Shown here piece by piece: positions 48,053-57,711 of a stretch of DNA of 64,000 nt. The stretch is from an uncultured Bacteroidota bacterium. GTDB lineage: Bacteria; Bacteroidota; Bacteroidia; Bacteroidales; WCHB1-69. The notes under the pieces were generated by a model. The model was not told the origin of the DNA. It did no database searches and saw only the letters and a program-made list of their open reading frames with translations. The DNA lies in the NCBI GenBank assembly GCA_942493315.1, contig OW818690.1:2759275-2823274 (forward strand), written 5' to 3'. Position numbers and translations under genes: made by a program. Each line of letters starts with the position of its first letter. The stretch's first letter is position 1.

Positions 48053-48916
48053 ATGTATAAAAGATTCATTCTTTTTTCGATTTTCTTACTATTATTTCAA
48101 AGCTCCTTTTTTGGTCAAGAGAATAAAAAAATGAATTTTTTTCCTATATGGACTTATCATCAAAAAAATATTAATATTCATGGTATATCAATTGGAATTG
48201 GAACTGTAAGATCCGTTCCACGTTTTACAAACACTAATGGAATTAAAATTGAACTAATAGGAGCGGGAATTGGTTTACTATTAATACCAAAGAGTCCATT
48301 AGCTTATGATGATAGTTCATTTATAGCTCTTGCAAACCAACCTATTTCAGAAATCATTAATGGGATAAGTCTGTCCGCTACTGGGACTGTTTGTGATTGT
48401 AAAACAAATGGAGTAAATATTGGTTTAATAGGAAATTTAAATTATCAGGTTAATGGACTTACAAGTTCAATTTTTATGAATTTTTCTCAGATCCATAACG
48501 GTTTACAATTTGCATTATTTAATGAAAGTTTTCTTTTAAATGGATTTCAATTGGGTTTATCAAATTTTGGATATCGGGTTAAAGGAGTACAATTTGGATT
48601 ATGGTATAATGAAAATAAAGAAATGAAAGGGGTCCAAAACGGAATTCATTTATATTTATTAACCATTAATTCACAGAATGAACAACTGATCGATTTTTAT
48701 GAAATTGGAACTCAAACAACACAATTTTTGGTATCCAAAGAGAATATGGATATTTATGAAGTATATGATGTTTCAGCAAAAAGGTTGGAATTTAATCAAT
48801 ACGAAGTGATCCGAAAAATGGAGATTCACTTTGATTTTAAAGATGAAAACAAGAACGATTCAATTATTCTTCAAACTCAAAAATGGAATATTAGCACATT
48901 ACGAAAACTACATTAA
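48053..48916 (+). CDS. Secreted repeat protein of unknown function (about 9 degenerate NG-x-Q/N-x-G-L repeats)
   Basis: Signal peptide. Repeats of about 20-24 aa (TNGIKIELIGAGIGL, TNGVNIGLIGNL, LNGFQLGLSNFG, VKGVQFGLWYNE, MKGVQNGIHLY). A TATTTTTG box lies at 48022-48029. Confidence 0.5.
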   Translation: MYKRFILFSIFLLLFQSSFFGQENKKMNFFPIWTYHQKNINIHGISIGIGTVRSVPRFTNTNGIKIELIGAGIGLLLIPKSPLAYDDSSFIALANQPISEIINGISLSATGTVCDCKTNGVNIGLIGNLNYQVNGLTSSIFMNFSQIHNGLQFALFNESFLLNGFQLGLSNFGYRVKGVQFGLWYNENKEMKGVQNGIHLYLLTINSQNEQLIDFYEIGTQTTQFLVSKENMDIYEVYDVSAKRLEFNQYEVIRKMEIHFDFKDENKNDSIILQTQKWNISTLRKLH

Positions 48917-48973
48917 TATTCATATAAATCCTTTCAAAACTTTTCACCTGGAAATAATTTCAAAAACATCAAA

Positions 48974-50242
48974 ATGAAACGATTCTCTTTATTTATTTTA
49001 TGGATTACTTTGGCACAATTGACTTTATACAGTCAACCAAAAACAGTTAAAACAAGTGTGTATTTTGATAGTGACAAATTTGTTTTGCGCGAAGATGGTA
49101 AAAATTCTATTGACGATATTTTGGATACTCTACTTCAATACAATATTGTAAAAATAACGATCACCGGGAATACCGATAATTCTGCTGATAGTTTGTATAA
49201 TCTTCAGCTTTCTGAAAACAGAACCAATGCTGTTAAAAGATATATTTTAGGGTATGGTATTGATGAAAAATTGATTAAAAGCAATTATTTTGGCGAAGAT
49301 AAACCTATTGCTCCAAATGACAACGACCAAGGGATGCAGATGAACCGAAGAGTTGATATCGTTTTCATTTATAAGAAAAAAAGTCCAAAAAAACAAATAG
49401 TTACCGATACTCTCCCAAAAATCGAGGAAAAAGCCGTTTTAAATGATGGTGATACTATTATCAATTTGCCCTATGGTACACAATTGGTTTTTAATCGCAA
49501 TGAATATTTAGAGATCAAGGATTGCTTGGAGTTTACAGAAGCCAATGATCCTAATTCAGTTTTATTGAATGGAATGTCATTGATGAACGATTCCGGAATT
49601 CCAATCGCCAGTTGTGGAATGTTAAAAGTAATGATGAAACCCGGTTGTACAGAAAGGATTTGTTTTAAATTTCCGGTAAAAGTCAGATTTCCTGTTCCTA
49701 AAGAAAATGAGTGTGATTATTGTAGAAGAAATGCACGAGTTTGGGATATTAATAGTCGAGGAACATGGGTTACAGAACAAGGTAGAAAAAGTCGGGTGAA
49801 AACGATTCGAGTGAATGGAGTTGCCTATTATGAATTTTTTATTTATTGTCCAAATTCATGGAAAAATTGTGACTGTTTAATAAAAGGGAAAAAAGTAAAG
49901 TTTAAAACCCAAAAAAACTATAAAATTGTAAATCTGACAATTACAAATGATTGTCCTACGTTGGTAATCAACACACATTCAAAAAAAAGGGAGCATGTTG
50001 CAACTGCAATAATTCCATGTTGGCAGGGTTATAAGACTATCAGCGGAAAAATCATTGACGATAAAGGTGACACTTTAATCTTACAACAACAACCCCTCAA
50101 TGATTTAACCAAAAGAACCCTATTTTCAAGATGTCACAGATATAAGGGACAATATATCGGTTATCGTTTATGGATTTTCCCTATTCACAAACGGGATGTT
50201 TACAGAAAATACATCATAAAGCCCAAGGATCTCCAATTATAA
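48974..50242 (+). CDS. OmpA-domain protein with a Cys-rich C-terminal extension
   Basis: Signal peptide. OmpA-like peptidoglycan-binding motif (ITGNTDNSADSLYNLQLSENRTNAVKRYIL...NRRVDIVF). The C-terminal 270 aa carry many Cys and match no domain I recognise. Confidence 0.7.
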   Translation: MKRFSLFILWITLAQLTLYSQPKTVKTSVYFDSDKFVLREDGKNSIDDILDTLLQYNIVKITITGNTDNSADSLYNLQLSENRTNAVKRYILGYGIDEKLIKSNYFGEDKPIAPNDNDQGMQMNRRVDIVFIYKKKSPKKQIVTDTLPKIEEKAVLNDGDTIINLPYGTQLVFNRNEYLEIKDCLEFTEANDPNSVLLNGMSLMNDSGIPIASCGMLKVMMKPGCTERICFKFPVKVRFPVPKENECDYCRRNARVWDINSRGTWVTEQGRKSRVKTIRVNGVAYYEFFIYCPNSWKNCDCLIKGKKVKFKTQKNYKIVNLTITNDCPTLVINTHSKKREHVATAIIPCWQGYKTISGKIIDDKGDTLILQQQPLNDLTKRTLFSRCHRYKGQYIGYRLWIFPIHKRDVYRKYIIKPKDLQL

Positions 50243-50355
50243 ATGTTATTTAACTGTATATAACTGTAAATGTGTTCAAATTTTCACTATTATTTGTCAT
50301 ATTTTATTAGAACATTATCACATTAATTAAGGTATTCCGTTTTGCCGCCCCACAT

Positions 50356-50458
50356 ATTCTAATAAATGACGGGAGAAAATAATTTTATTTATATCATTTA
50401 CAAATACTTACAAAATTTCATTTTTTCAATCAAAACAACAACCTGCTTTTATAAGAAT
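50356..50458 (+). repeat. AT-rich hairpin module, copy M4 (preceded by a remnant of about 20 bp resembling the fused ends of the GC-rich element)
   Basis: ATTCTAATAAATGACGGGAG...CAACCTGCTTTTATAAGAAT. Upstream GGTATTCCGTTTTGCCGCCCCA (50332-50352) resembles the GGGCATTCC and CCGCCC ends. Confidence 0.7.
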
Positions 50459-50596
50459 ATCTAAAACCTGTGGATTTGTATCGAAGGGGTAAGAGTTTTG
50501 CTAATATTCAAATTTTCAATTGTTATTTCAATACGTTTATATATATTTGTGCCAAAAATCAATGTACCAGAATAAGTAAAATAAACTCCTAATTTC

Positions 50597-52303
50597 ATGA
50601 AAAGAATTCTACTTTTTGCAATACTCCTAAATCTTACTACTTTAACTTTCAGTCAAACTTTTCCGGCTGATCAAGATCATGAGTTTGATCATGATTCTAA
50701 AGTCGTTTTTCCGGAAATGAATAATCAAATTGTTGAAAACTTAGAGCTATTAGGAAAAATTTGGGGATTTTTGAAATATAATCATCCTAAAATCGGAGAT
50801 GGAACATACAACTGGGATTATGAATTGTTTAGAATTTTACCCTCATATTTGAAGTCTACAAGTATTGAAGAAAGGGATCAAATTTTACTCCATTGGATTT
50901 CCAATTTAGGGATCATTGACTCTTGTTTATCTTGTAAACAAACATCTAAAGAAACCTATCTGGAACCCGATTTTTCCTGGTTGAATGATATGAACAGGAG
51001 TATCCTGTTGAGAAAAACTATTGAAAATATTTACAATAATCGTCATCAAGGGAAACATTATTATATCAGTTATGATAAGTATGGTAATCCTTCATTTATA
51101 AATGATCATCTTTATTCAGACATGCCCTACCCTGACGCTGGGTATAGATTATTGGCTTTATATCGTTATTGGAATTATATTCAATACTTTTCTCCTTACA
51201 GAAACCTAACAGATAAAAATTGGAATACTATTCTTAAAGAGTATATTCCTATTTTTATAAATGCAAAAACAGAATTGGAATATGAAACTGTAGCTCTTCA
51301 ATTAATAACTGAAACAAACGATTCACACTCCGGAACCATCCTCATAGGAAATAAAATTGCGGAAACAAAAGGTAAACAATTTCCACCTTTTAAAGTTAGA
51401 TTTATTGACAATCAATTGGTTGTGTATGAATTTTATAATCCGGAAAAGCCATGGCTTACTGATCTAAAAATTGGTGATGTTATTACTCATTTATCCGGAA
51501 AATCTGTACAATTTATTTTAGATAGTCTTAAATCATTATATCCTGCTTCAAATAATGCTTCAAAATTAAGAGATATTGCCTTTAATATTTTGCGTTCAAA
51601 TTCACAATACATTGAATTACAAATTATTAGCAATAATCAATCTAAATTAACAACCCTAAAGCTTTATCCTTCTGATAGTCTAAATCTATTTCCTAAAAAT
51701 AATGAAAAATGTTTCCAATTAATGAGTGGAAATGTTGGATATATCAACTTAGAATCAATTAAAAAGGAAGATATCTCTGTCATTAAATCAACATTCAAAA
51801 ACACAAAAGGTCTCATAATAGATTTAAGAAACGGGGTTTCTGAATATGTTCCTTATTCACTTGGGTCTTTTTTTGTAAATGAAGTAACTCCTTTTGCAAA
51901 AATAACTAGAGGGAATATAAATAATCCTGGTGAATTTTATTTTTCTGAAGTACCTCCCCTATTACCTGACAAAGATCCATACAAAGGAAAAGTTGTTGTT
52001 CTGGTAAACGAATTTACGCAAAGTATGGGAGAGTTTACAGCGATGGCTTTCAGAGCAGGGATAAACACAACCATCATTGGAAGCACCACTGCTGGAACCG
52101 ATGGAACTGCTCGTCAGGTTAACTTGCCGGGGAATTTAAAAACGATGATAACCGGTTATGGTGTATTCTATCCGGATGGAAAACTAACCCAAAGAGTCGG
52201 AATTGTTCCTAATGTAGTGATTTATCCTACTATTGAAGGTATAAAAGATGGCATGGATGAAGTTTTAGAAAAGGCAATCGAAATGATCCAAAATGAAGAG
52301 TGA
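50597..52303 (+). CDS. S41 family (tail-specific/C-terminal processing) peptidase with a PDZ-like domain
   Basis: Signal peptide. PDZ-like GDVITHLSGKSV. S41 core region (VVVLVNEFTQSMGEFTAMAF...GSTTAGTDG). A TATATTTG box lies at 50542-50549. Confidence 0.7.
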   Translation: MKRILLFAILLNLTTLTFSQTFPADQDHEFDHDSKVVFPEMNNQIVENLELLGKIWGFLKYNHPKIGDGTYNWDYELFRILPSYLKSTSIEERDQILLHWISNLGIIDSCLSCKQTSKETYLEPDFSWLNDMNRSILLRKTIENIYNNRHQGKHYYISYDKYGNPSFINDHLYSDMPYPDAGYRLLALYRYWNYIQYFSPYRNLTDKNWNTILKEYIPIFINAKTELEYETVALQLITETNDSHSGTILIGNKIAETKGKQFPPFKVRFIDNQLVVYEFYNPEKPWLTDLKIGDVITHLSGKSVQFILDSLKSLYPASNNASKLRDIAFNILRSNSQYIELQIISNNQSKLTTLKLYPSDSLNLFPKNNEKCFQLMSGNVGYINLESIKKEDISVIKSTFKNTKGLIIDLRNGVSEYVPYSLGSFFVNEVTPFAKITRGNINNPGEFYFSEVPPLLPDKDPYKGKVVVLVNEFTQSMGEFTAMAFRAGINTTIIGSTTAGTDGTARQVNLPGNLKTMITGYGVFYPDGKLTQRVGIVPNVVIYPTIEGIKDGMDEVLEKAIEMIQNEE

Positions 52304-52313
52304 AAGTAAGATC

Positions 52314-54209
52314 TCAGACACAACTAGGCAACGTGAAGTAAAATGTTGACCCTACCCCTTCTTCACTTTCTATCCAAATTCTGCCCCCATATTGTTCAAT
52401 AAATTCTTTACAGAGTATTAATCCTAAACCTGTTCCTTTTTCGTTTTGTGTTCCTTTAACGGTGAAATTTTCTTCAATTTTGAACATCCTTAACTGATCA
52501 GCTTTACTGATGCCTATACCAGTATCCCTAACCAAAAGAACAAGTTCATTGTCCAGTTTTTCTGTCAAAATGGTTATTTTACCTCCCGGATTAGTAAATT
52601 TTAGGGCATTCGAAATCAAATTTCGTAATATGGTGCCCATCATTGATTGATCTGCATGAATAGTAATTTCTTGATCTATTGTATTTATAATCTGAATTGA
52701 TTTTTGAGATGCTGCATCATTCAATAATAGAATGGTTTCAGTTAAAAGTTCATTTAGTGAAAAATCAATAGCAATAAACTCCATTTTTCCGGTTTGTAAT
52801 CGGGCCCAATCCAAAAGATTTGTCAATAAATCAAAAGTCCTTTGTGATGAGTTTTGGATGATAACGGCATATTCTTCCATATTTTCATAATTTTTATCCC
52901 GGATCTGTTCAGTTAATAGTTCACTAAACCCCATAATGGCATTAAATGGACTTCTAAGATCGTGGGCAATAATGGAAAAAAATTTATCTTTCGTATTGTT
53001 CAGATGATTTAATTTTAGGTTTAATTCTGATATCTCTTCCGTTTTATGCATCAATTGAGTATTTGTCCTAGATTTTAATCTATAGAATGAATACAACACT
53101 ATGGAAACTATAATCATTAAAATAGCAATGAAAATAGCTATTTTAGTATTTATCTTAGATATCCGTATCTCACTTTCTTTTTTTAAATTCAATTCCTTTA
53201 GTTGATGATCATATTCATGTTTTGCTTCAATATAAGCAATTGATTTTATGTTACTTTCGTTTCGCATTGTATCTGATAATTCAAAGAATTTGGTTCTGTA
53301 TTTCAATGCATTTTCATAATCTTTAATACTCAGATATGCTTTTGCAATCAGATCAGTTGCTTCCAAAACAATGTATCTACTTCCAATCGATTCTCCGATT
53401 TTATTCGCTTTTTGGGCAAAATTCAATGCATCAGAATAGTTTTTGATATTCATCAAAAAATCAGCATATTGGTTGTATGCCATAGCCGTTAAATTCGGAT
53501 TTTCAAGTTTTTGGAATATTTTTATACTTTCTTGAATTTGGATTTGAGCACTATCTAATTTATTGAGTTTAATAAAACATTTTCCTATAGATAAATAATT
53601 ATATCCCATTAACATTAAGTTATTTTCACTTTTCGCAAAATAATAACTTTTGTAATGATTCTCAATGGATTTATTGAAATCACCATTTTCAAATTCAATT
53701 AATGCCAGATTGTGTAATAATCGGGACATCTCTGTGTTATTTTTTATCTTGTTTGCAATTTCTAAACCTTGCAGTATATAACTTTTTGCCTTTGAAAATT
53801 GATTTCTGGCATAATAAACCAAACCAATATTATTATACGTTTTAGAAAGTAAAATGGGTTCGTTTAATTCTTTAAATATCGATATGGCTTTCAGATTATT
53901 ATCCAATGAAGCATCATAAATACCCATTCGGTAATAATTGATTCCTAATGCTTTATGTGCTTCTCCAATTCCCAACTTGTAATTTAATTTCTTTGCTAAG
54001 GCTAATGCATTATTGGCATAATACAATCCTTTTCCGGTATCAAAATCTTTTAATTCATCAGCTAATCTATTCATTAAATTAACTTTAGCTGTATCATCAG
54101 CCATAGTTTTAATTTTGATAGTATCGATCAATACATCAGCATTTGCATCAAAACAGATCAAGATTGCTATTACAGTAAAAAAAACAAATAATTTTCTTTT
54201 AAATTTCAT
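52314..54209 (-). CDS. TPR-repeat sensor histidine kinase
   Basis: N-terminal signal/TM, multiple TPR units and a TM segment. HisKA H-box FFSIIAHDLRSPFNAI. HATPase N/G boxes (NLISNALKFT, DTGIGI, GTGLGL). ATG 54209 is preferred to the TTG at 54221. Confidence 0.85.
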   Translation of the reverse strand: MKFKRKLFVFFTVIAILICFDANADVLIDTIKIKTMADDTAKVNLMNRLADELKDFDTGKGLYYANNALALAKKLNYKLGIGEAHKALGINYYRMGIYDASLDNNLKAISIFKELNEPILLSKTYNNIGLVYYARNQFSKAKSYILQGLEIANKIKNNTEMSRLLHNLALIEFENGDFNKSIENHYKSYYFAKSENNLMLMGYNYLSIGKCFIKLNKLDSAQIQIQESIKIFQKLENPNLTAMAYNQYADFLMNIKNYSDALNFAQKANKIGESIGSRYIVLEATDLIAKAYLSIKDYENALKYRTKFFELSDTMRNESNIKSIAYIEAKHEYDHQLKELNLKKESEIRISKINTKIAIFIAILMIIVSIVLYSFYRLKSRTNTQLMHKTEEISELNLKLNHLNNTKDKFFSIIAHDLRSPFNAIMGFSELLTEQIRDKNYENMEEYAVIIQNSSQRTFDLLTNLLDWARLQTGKMEFIAIDFSLNELLTETILLLNDAASQKSIQIINTIDQEITIHADQSMMGTILRNLISNALKFTNPGGKITILTEKLDNELVLLVRDTGIGISKADQLRMFKIEENFTVKGTQNEKGTGLGLILCKEFIEQYGGRIWIESEEGVGSTFYFTLPSCV

Positions 54210-54280
54210 TTGTTGTATCAATTTATGGATGCAAATATACCAAATAATTTATGAATATATTAAAAGTAAATATTTTTTTA

Positions 54281-54341
54281 GGTTTTGGGTTTTGGGTTAT
54301 GAGTTTTGGGTCTTGGGTTTTGGGTCTTGGGTTTTGGGTTA
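54281..54341. repeat. Heptamer array GGTTTTG/GGTCTTG (~9 units)
   Basis: Read directly. Its reverse complement (CCCAAGACCCAAAACCC) occurs at 57952-57969 on the other side of the island. Confidence 0.9.
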
Positions 54342-54387
54342 TTGCATAAAAAATTAATATCTAAAACCTTAAAACTAATATCTTTTT

Positions 54388-54567
54388 GGGCATTCCGGCA
54401 CCATCCCACCCACTTTCCTACCCTGCTGCCGTCGGTCTCCGGCCTGTACTCCTCGCAGTACCGCCAAGTGTTGCATCGGCCCGGCAGTAGCTCCCAAGGT
54501 CGCTCTGCCGGTCTCGTGCACCACTAGGCGTCCCTGCTTGCGGGGTACCTGACCTCCGCCCTAATGC
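54388..54567 (+). repeat. GC-rich structured element, copy B
   Basis: GGGCATTCCGGCA...TGCCGTCGGTCTCCGGCCTGTACTCCTCGCAG...CCGGCAG-TAGCTCCCAAGGTCGCT-CTGCCGG...CCGCCCTAATGC. Confidence 0.85.
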
Positions 54568-54571
54568 TTCT

Positions 54572-54692
54572 CGGGCTCAGGGCTCAGGGCGAAAGGCCAA
54601 GGGCTATCAGCTATCAGTTTTCAGCTATCAGTTTTGCATTTTGCTTATTTAGTGGCTGTTGTCTGTGGTCTGTAGTCCGTAGACCGTTGTCC
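54572..54692. repeat. Mixed short tandem repeats (GGGCTCA, CAGCTAT/CAGTTTT, and the complement of GACTACR)
   Basis: Read directly. Track ORF 54564-54824 is a translation of repeats and is judged spurious. Confidence 0.8.
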
Positions 54693-54700
54693 AAAATTGA

Positions 54701-54930
54701 GGAACGTTATATTTGTAGCAAATCAACCTCCGACAACTCCAACCCGCTCCGTAGGAGCGTTATATTTGTAGCCAATCAACCTCCGACAAAACCACTTCGC
54801 TCCAGCGGAGCGTTATATTTGTAGCCAAACAAATACCCGACAAAACCACTTCGCTCCAGCGGAGCGTTATATTTGTAGGCAAACGATTACCCGACAAAAC
54901 GATCCCGCTCCAGCGGAGCGTTATATTTGT
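54701..54930 (-). repeat. REP-like 53-54 bp hairpin units, ~4 copies, inverted relative to the downstream array
   Basis: Four CGCTCC-N3/4-GGAGCG hairpins, each followed by TTATATTTGTAG. The reverse complement matches the CAAATATAACGCTCCGCTGGAGCG units at 57170-57600. Confidence 0.9.
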
Positions 54931-54972
54931 TTTTTTTATTTCAAAAATTATGAATAATTAAAATAATTTCAC

Positions 54973-54980
54973 TATTTTTG
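54973..54980 (+). promoter_or_regulatory. -7 promoter box TATTTTTG upstream of the Y1 transposase gene
   Basis: TAnnTTTG, 26 nt before ATG 55006. Confidence 0.45.
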
Positions 54981-55005
54981 CTTCACTCTCTTAAAACTAA
55001 TTATT

Positions 55006-55476
55006 ATGGCTAACACTTACTCTCAATGCTATTTTCACCTTGTTTTTTCTCCTAACATTTCAAAATCATTAATTGATACATCTTGGAGCAATAATCTAGA
55101 AATTTTCATTACATCAATTGTTCAGGAAAATGTACATAAAATGATTGCCATTAAATGTATGCCTGATCATGTTCATATCTTTTTTGGATATAATTTGAAT
55201 CAAAAAATACCTGATTTGGTTAATGTCATTAAAATGACTTCTTCAAAATGGTTGAAAGAACAAAATTTTTGTAAAAACTCATTTAATTGGCAAAATGGGT
55301 ATGGTGCTTTTACTCATGTAAAATCTTCTGTTAATGATGTTTATAATTACATTATGAATCAAGAAAATCACCATAAAAAAATAAGTTTTAAAGAAGAATT
55401 TTTATCATTTTTAAAAAGAAATGAAATTGATTATCACGATGATTATTTATTCCATTTTTTAGACCCTAAGTTTTAA
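55006..55476 (+). CDS. IS200/IS605-type Y1 (HUH) transposase, REP-associated (RAYT-like)
   Basis: HUH motif in MPDHVHIFF. WQNGYGAFT. C-terminal catalytic Tyr helix SSVNDVYNYIMNQENHH (Y-I-x-N-Q). 156 aa. No tnpB partner. Flanked by inverted hairpin repeats. Confidence 0.85.
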   Translation: MANTYSQCYFHLVFSPNISKSLIDTSWSNNLEIFITSIVQENVHKMIAIKCMPDHVHIFFGYNLNQKIPDLVNVIKMTSSKWLKEQNFCKNSFNWQNGYGAFTHVKSSVNDVYNYIMNQENHHKKISFKEEFLSFLKRNEIDYHDDYLFHFLDPKF

Positions 55477-55485
55477 TTCCAAAAA

Positions 55486-57635
55486 CCAATTTAACGCTCC
55501 GATGGAGCGGGTTCGTTTTGTCCGTTATTTGTTTGCTACCAATTTAACGCTCCGATGGAGCGGGTTCGTTTTGTCCGTTATTTGTTTGCTACCAATTTAA
55601 CGCTCCGCTGGAGCGGGTTCGTGTCGCCGGTTATTCGTTTGCTACCAATATAACGCTCCGCTGGAGCGGGTTCGTGTCGTCCGTTATTTGTTTGCTACCA
55701 ATATAACGCTCCGATGGAGCGGGTTCGTTTTGTCCGTTATTCGTTCGCTACAAATATAACGCTCCGCTGGAGCGGGTTCGTGTCGACCGTTATTCGTTCG
55801 CTACCAATTTAACGCTCCGCTGGAGCGGGTTCGTTTTGTCCGTTATTTGTTTGCTACCAATTTAACGCTCCGATGGAGCGGGTTCGTTTCGCCTGTTATT
55901 TGTTTGCTACCAATTTAACGCTCCGCTGGAGCGGGTTCGTTTTGTCCGTTATTTGTTTGCTACCAATTTAACGCTCCGTTGGAGCGGGTTCGTGTCGCCG
56001 GTTATTCGTTTGCTACCAATATAACGCTCCGCTGGAGCGGGTTCGTGTCGCCGGTTATTCGTTCGCTACCAATTTAACGCTCCGCTGGAGCGGGTTCGTT
56101 TCGCCGGTTATTCGTTCGCTACCAATTTAACGCTCCGCTGGAGCGGGTTCGTTTTGTCCGTTATTTGTTTGCTACCAATTTAACGCTCCGTTGGAGCGGG
56201 TTCGTGTCGCCGGTTATTCGTTCGCTACCAATATAACGCTCCGCTGGAGCGGGTTCGTTTTGTCCGTTATTCGTTCGCTACAAATTTAACGCTCCGATGG
56301 AGCGGGTTCGTTTTGTCCGTTATTTGTTTGCTACCAATTTAACGCTCCGCTGGAGCGGGTTCGTGTCGCCGGTTATTCGTTTGCTACCAATTTAACGCTC
56401 CGATGGAGCGGGTTCGTTTTGTCCGTTATTTGTTTGCTACCAATTTAACGCTCCGATGGAGCGGGTTCGTTTCGCCTGTTATTTGTTTGCTACCAATTTA
56501 ACGCTCCGCTGGAGCGGGTTCGTTTCGCCGGTTATTCGTTCGCTACCAATTTAACGCTCCGCTGGAGCGGGTTCGTTTCGCCGGTTATTCGTTCGCTACC
56601 AATTTAACGCTCCGCTGGAGCGGGTTCGTTTTGTCCGTTATTTGTTTGCTACCAATTTAACGCTCCGATGGAGCGGGTTCGTTTTGTCCGTTATTTGTTT
56701 GCTACCAATTTAACGCTCCGATGGAGCGGGTTCGTGTCGCCGGTTATTCGTTTGCTACCAATTTAACGCTCAGATGGAGCGGGTTCGTGTCGCCGGTTAT
56801 TCGTTCGCTACCAATTTAACGCTCAGATGGAGCGGGTTCGTTTCGCCGGTTATTCGTTTGCTACCAATATAACGCTCCGCTGGAGCGGGTTCGTGTCGTC
56901 CGTTATTTGTTTGCTACCAATTTAACGCTCCGCTGGAGCGGGTTCGTGTCGTCCGTTATTTGTTTGCTACCAATTTAACGCTCAGATGGAGCGGGTTCGT
57001 TTTGTCCGTTATTCGTTCGTTACCAATATAACGCTCAGATGGAGCGGGTTCGTTTTGTTCGTTATTCGTTCGCTACCAATTTAACGCTCCGCTGGAGCGG
57101 GTTCGTTTTGTCCGTTATTCGTTCGCTACCAATTTAACGCTCCGCTGGAGCGGGTTCGTTTTGTCCGTTATTCGTTCGCTACAAATATAACGCTCCGCTG
57201 GAGCGGGTTCGTTTCGCAGGTTATTCGTTTGCTACCAATATAACGCTCCGCTGGAGCGGGTTCGTGTCGTCCGTTATTCGTTTGCTACAAATATAACGCT
57301 CCGCTGGAGCGAGTATGTTTTGTCCGTTATTCGTTTGCTACAAATATAACGCTCCGCTGGAGCGAGTATGTTTTGTCCGTTATTCGTTTGCTACAAATAT
57401 AACGCTCCGCTTGAGCGGGTTCGTGTCGTCCGTTATTCGTTTGCTACAAATATAACGCTCCGCTGGAGCGAGTATGTTTTGTCCGTTATTCGTTTGCTAC
57501 AAATATAACGCTCCGCTGGAGCGAGTATGTTTTGTCCGTTATTCGTTTGCTACAAATATAACGCTCCGCTGGAGCGAGTATGTTTTGTCCGTTATTCGTT
57601 TGCTACAAATATAACGCTCCGATATAGAGGGTTAC
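55486..57635 (+). repeat. Tandem array of ~40 REP-like 53-bp hairpin units
   Basis: The period is exactly 53 bp by counting (ACCAATTTAACGCTCCGCTGGAGCGGGTTCGTTTTGTCCGTTATTTGTTTGCT). Each unit has a CGCTCC-N4-GGAGCG hairpin. There are several unit subtypes. The last 7 or so units include five copies of a distinct GAGCGAGTATG variant, interrupted by one GGGTTCGTG-type unit. Confidence 0.97.
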
Positions 57636-57711
57636 ATCGAACTTCTAATATCTAACTTCTCCAGTCACCAGTCTCTCGTCCCTTGTCCTAAACAAAACCG
57701 CAGGTTTTGTT

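Noticed and set aside
43564-50458. Integron-like cassette array with the AT modules acting as attC sites
   Set aside because: I could not find the R''/R' core sites (RYYYAAC / GTTRRRY) on either strand. There is no intI integrase in the window. Each downstream gene has its own promoter box and a long 5' region. I kept it as a cassette-like observation only.
55486-57635. Possible CRISPR array (regular palindromic repeat with about 22-nt variable segments)
   Set aside because: The whole 53-bp period is repeated. The 'spacer' part exists in only a handful of closely related variants rather than unique sequences. The period is too short for repeat plus spacer. No cas genes are in the window. An IS200-type Y1 transposase with the inverted copy of the same unit upstream explains it better as REP-like units.
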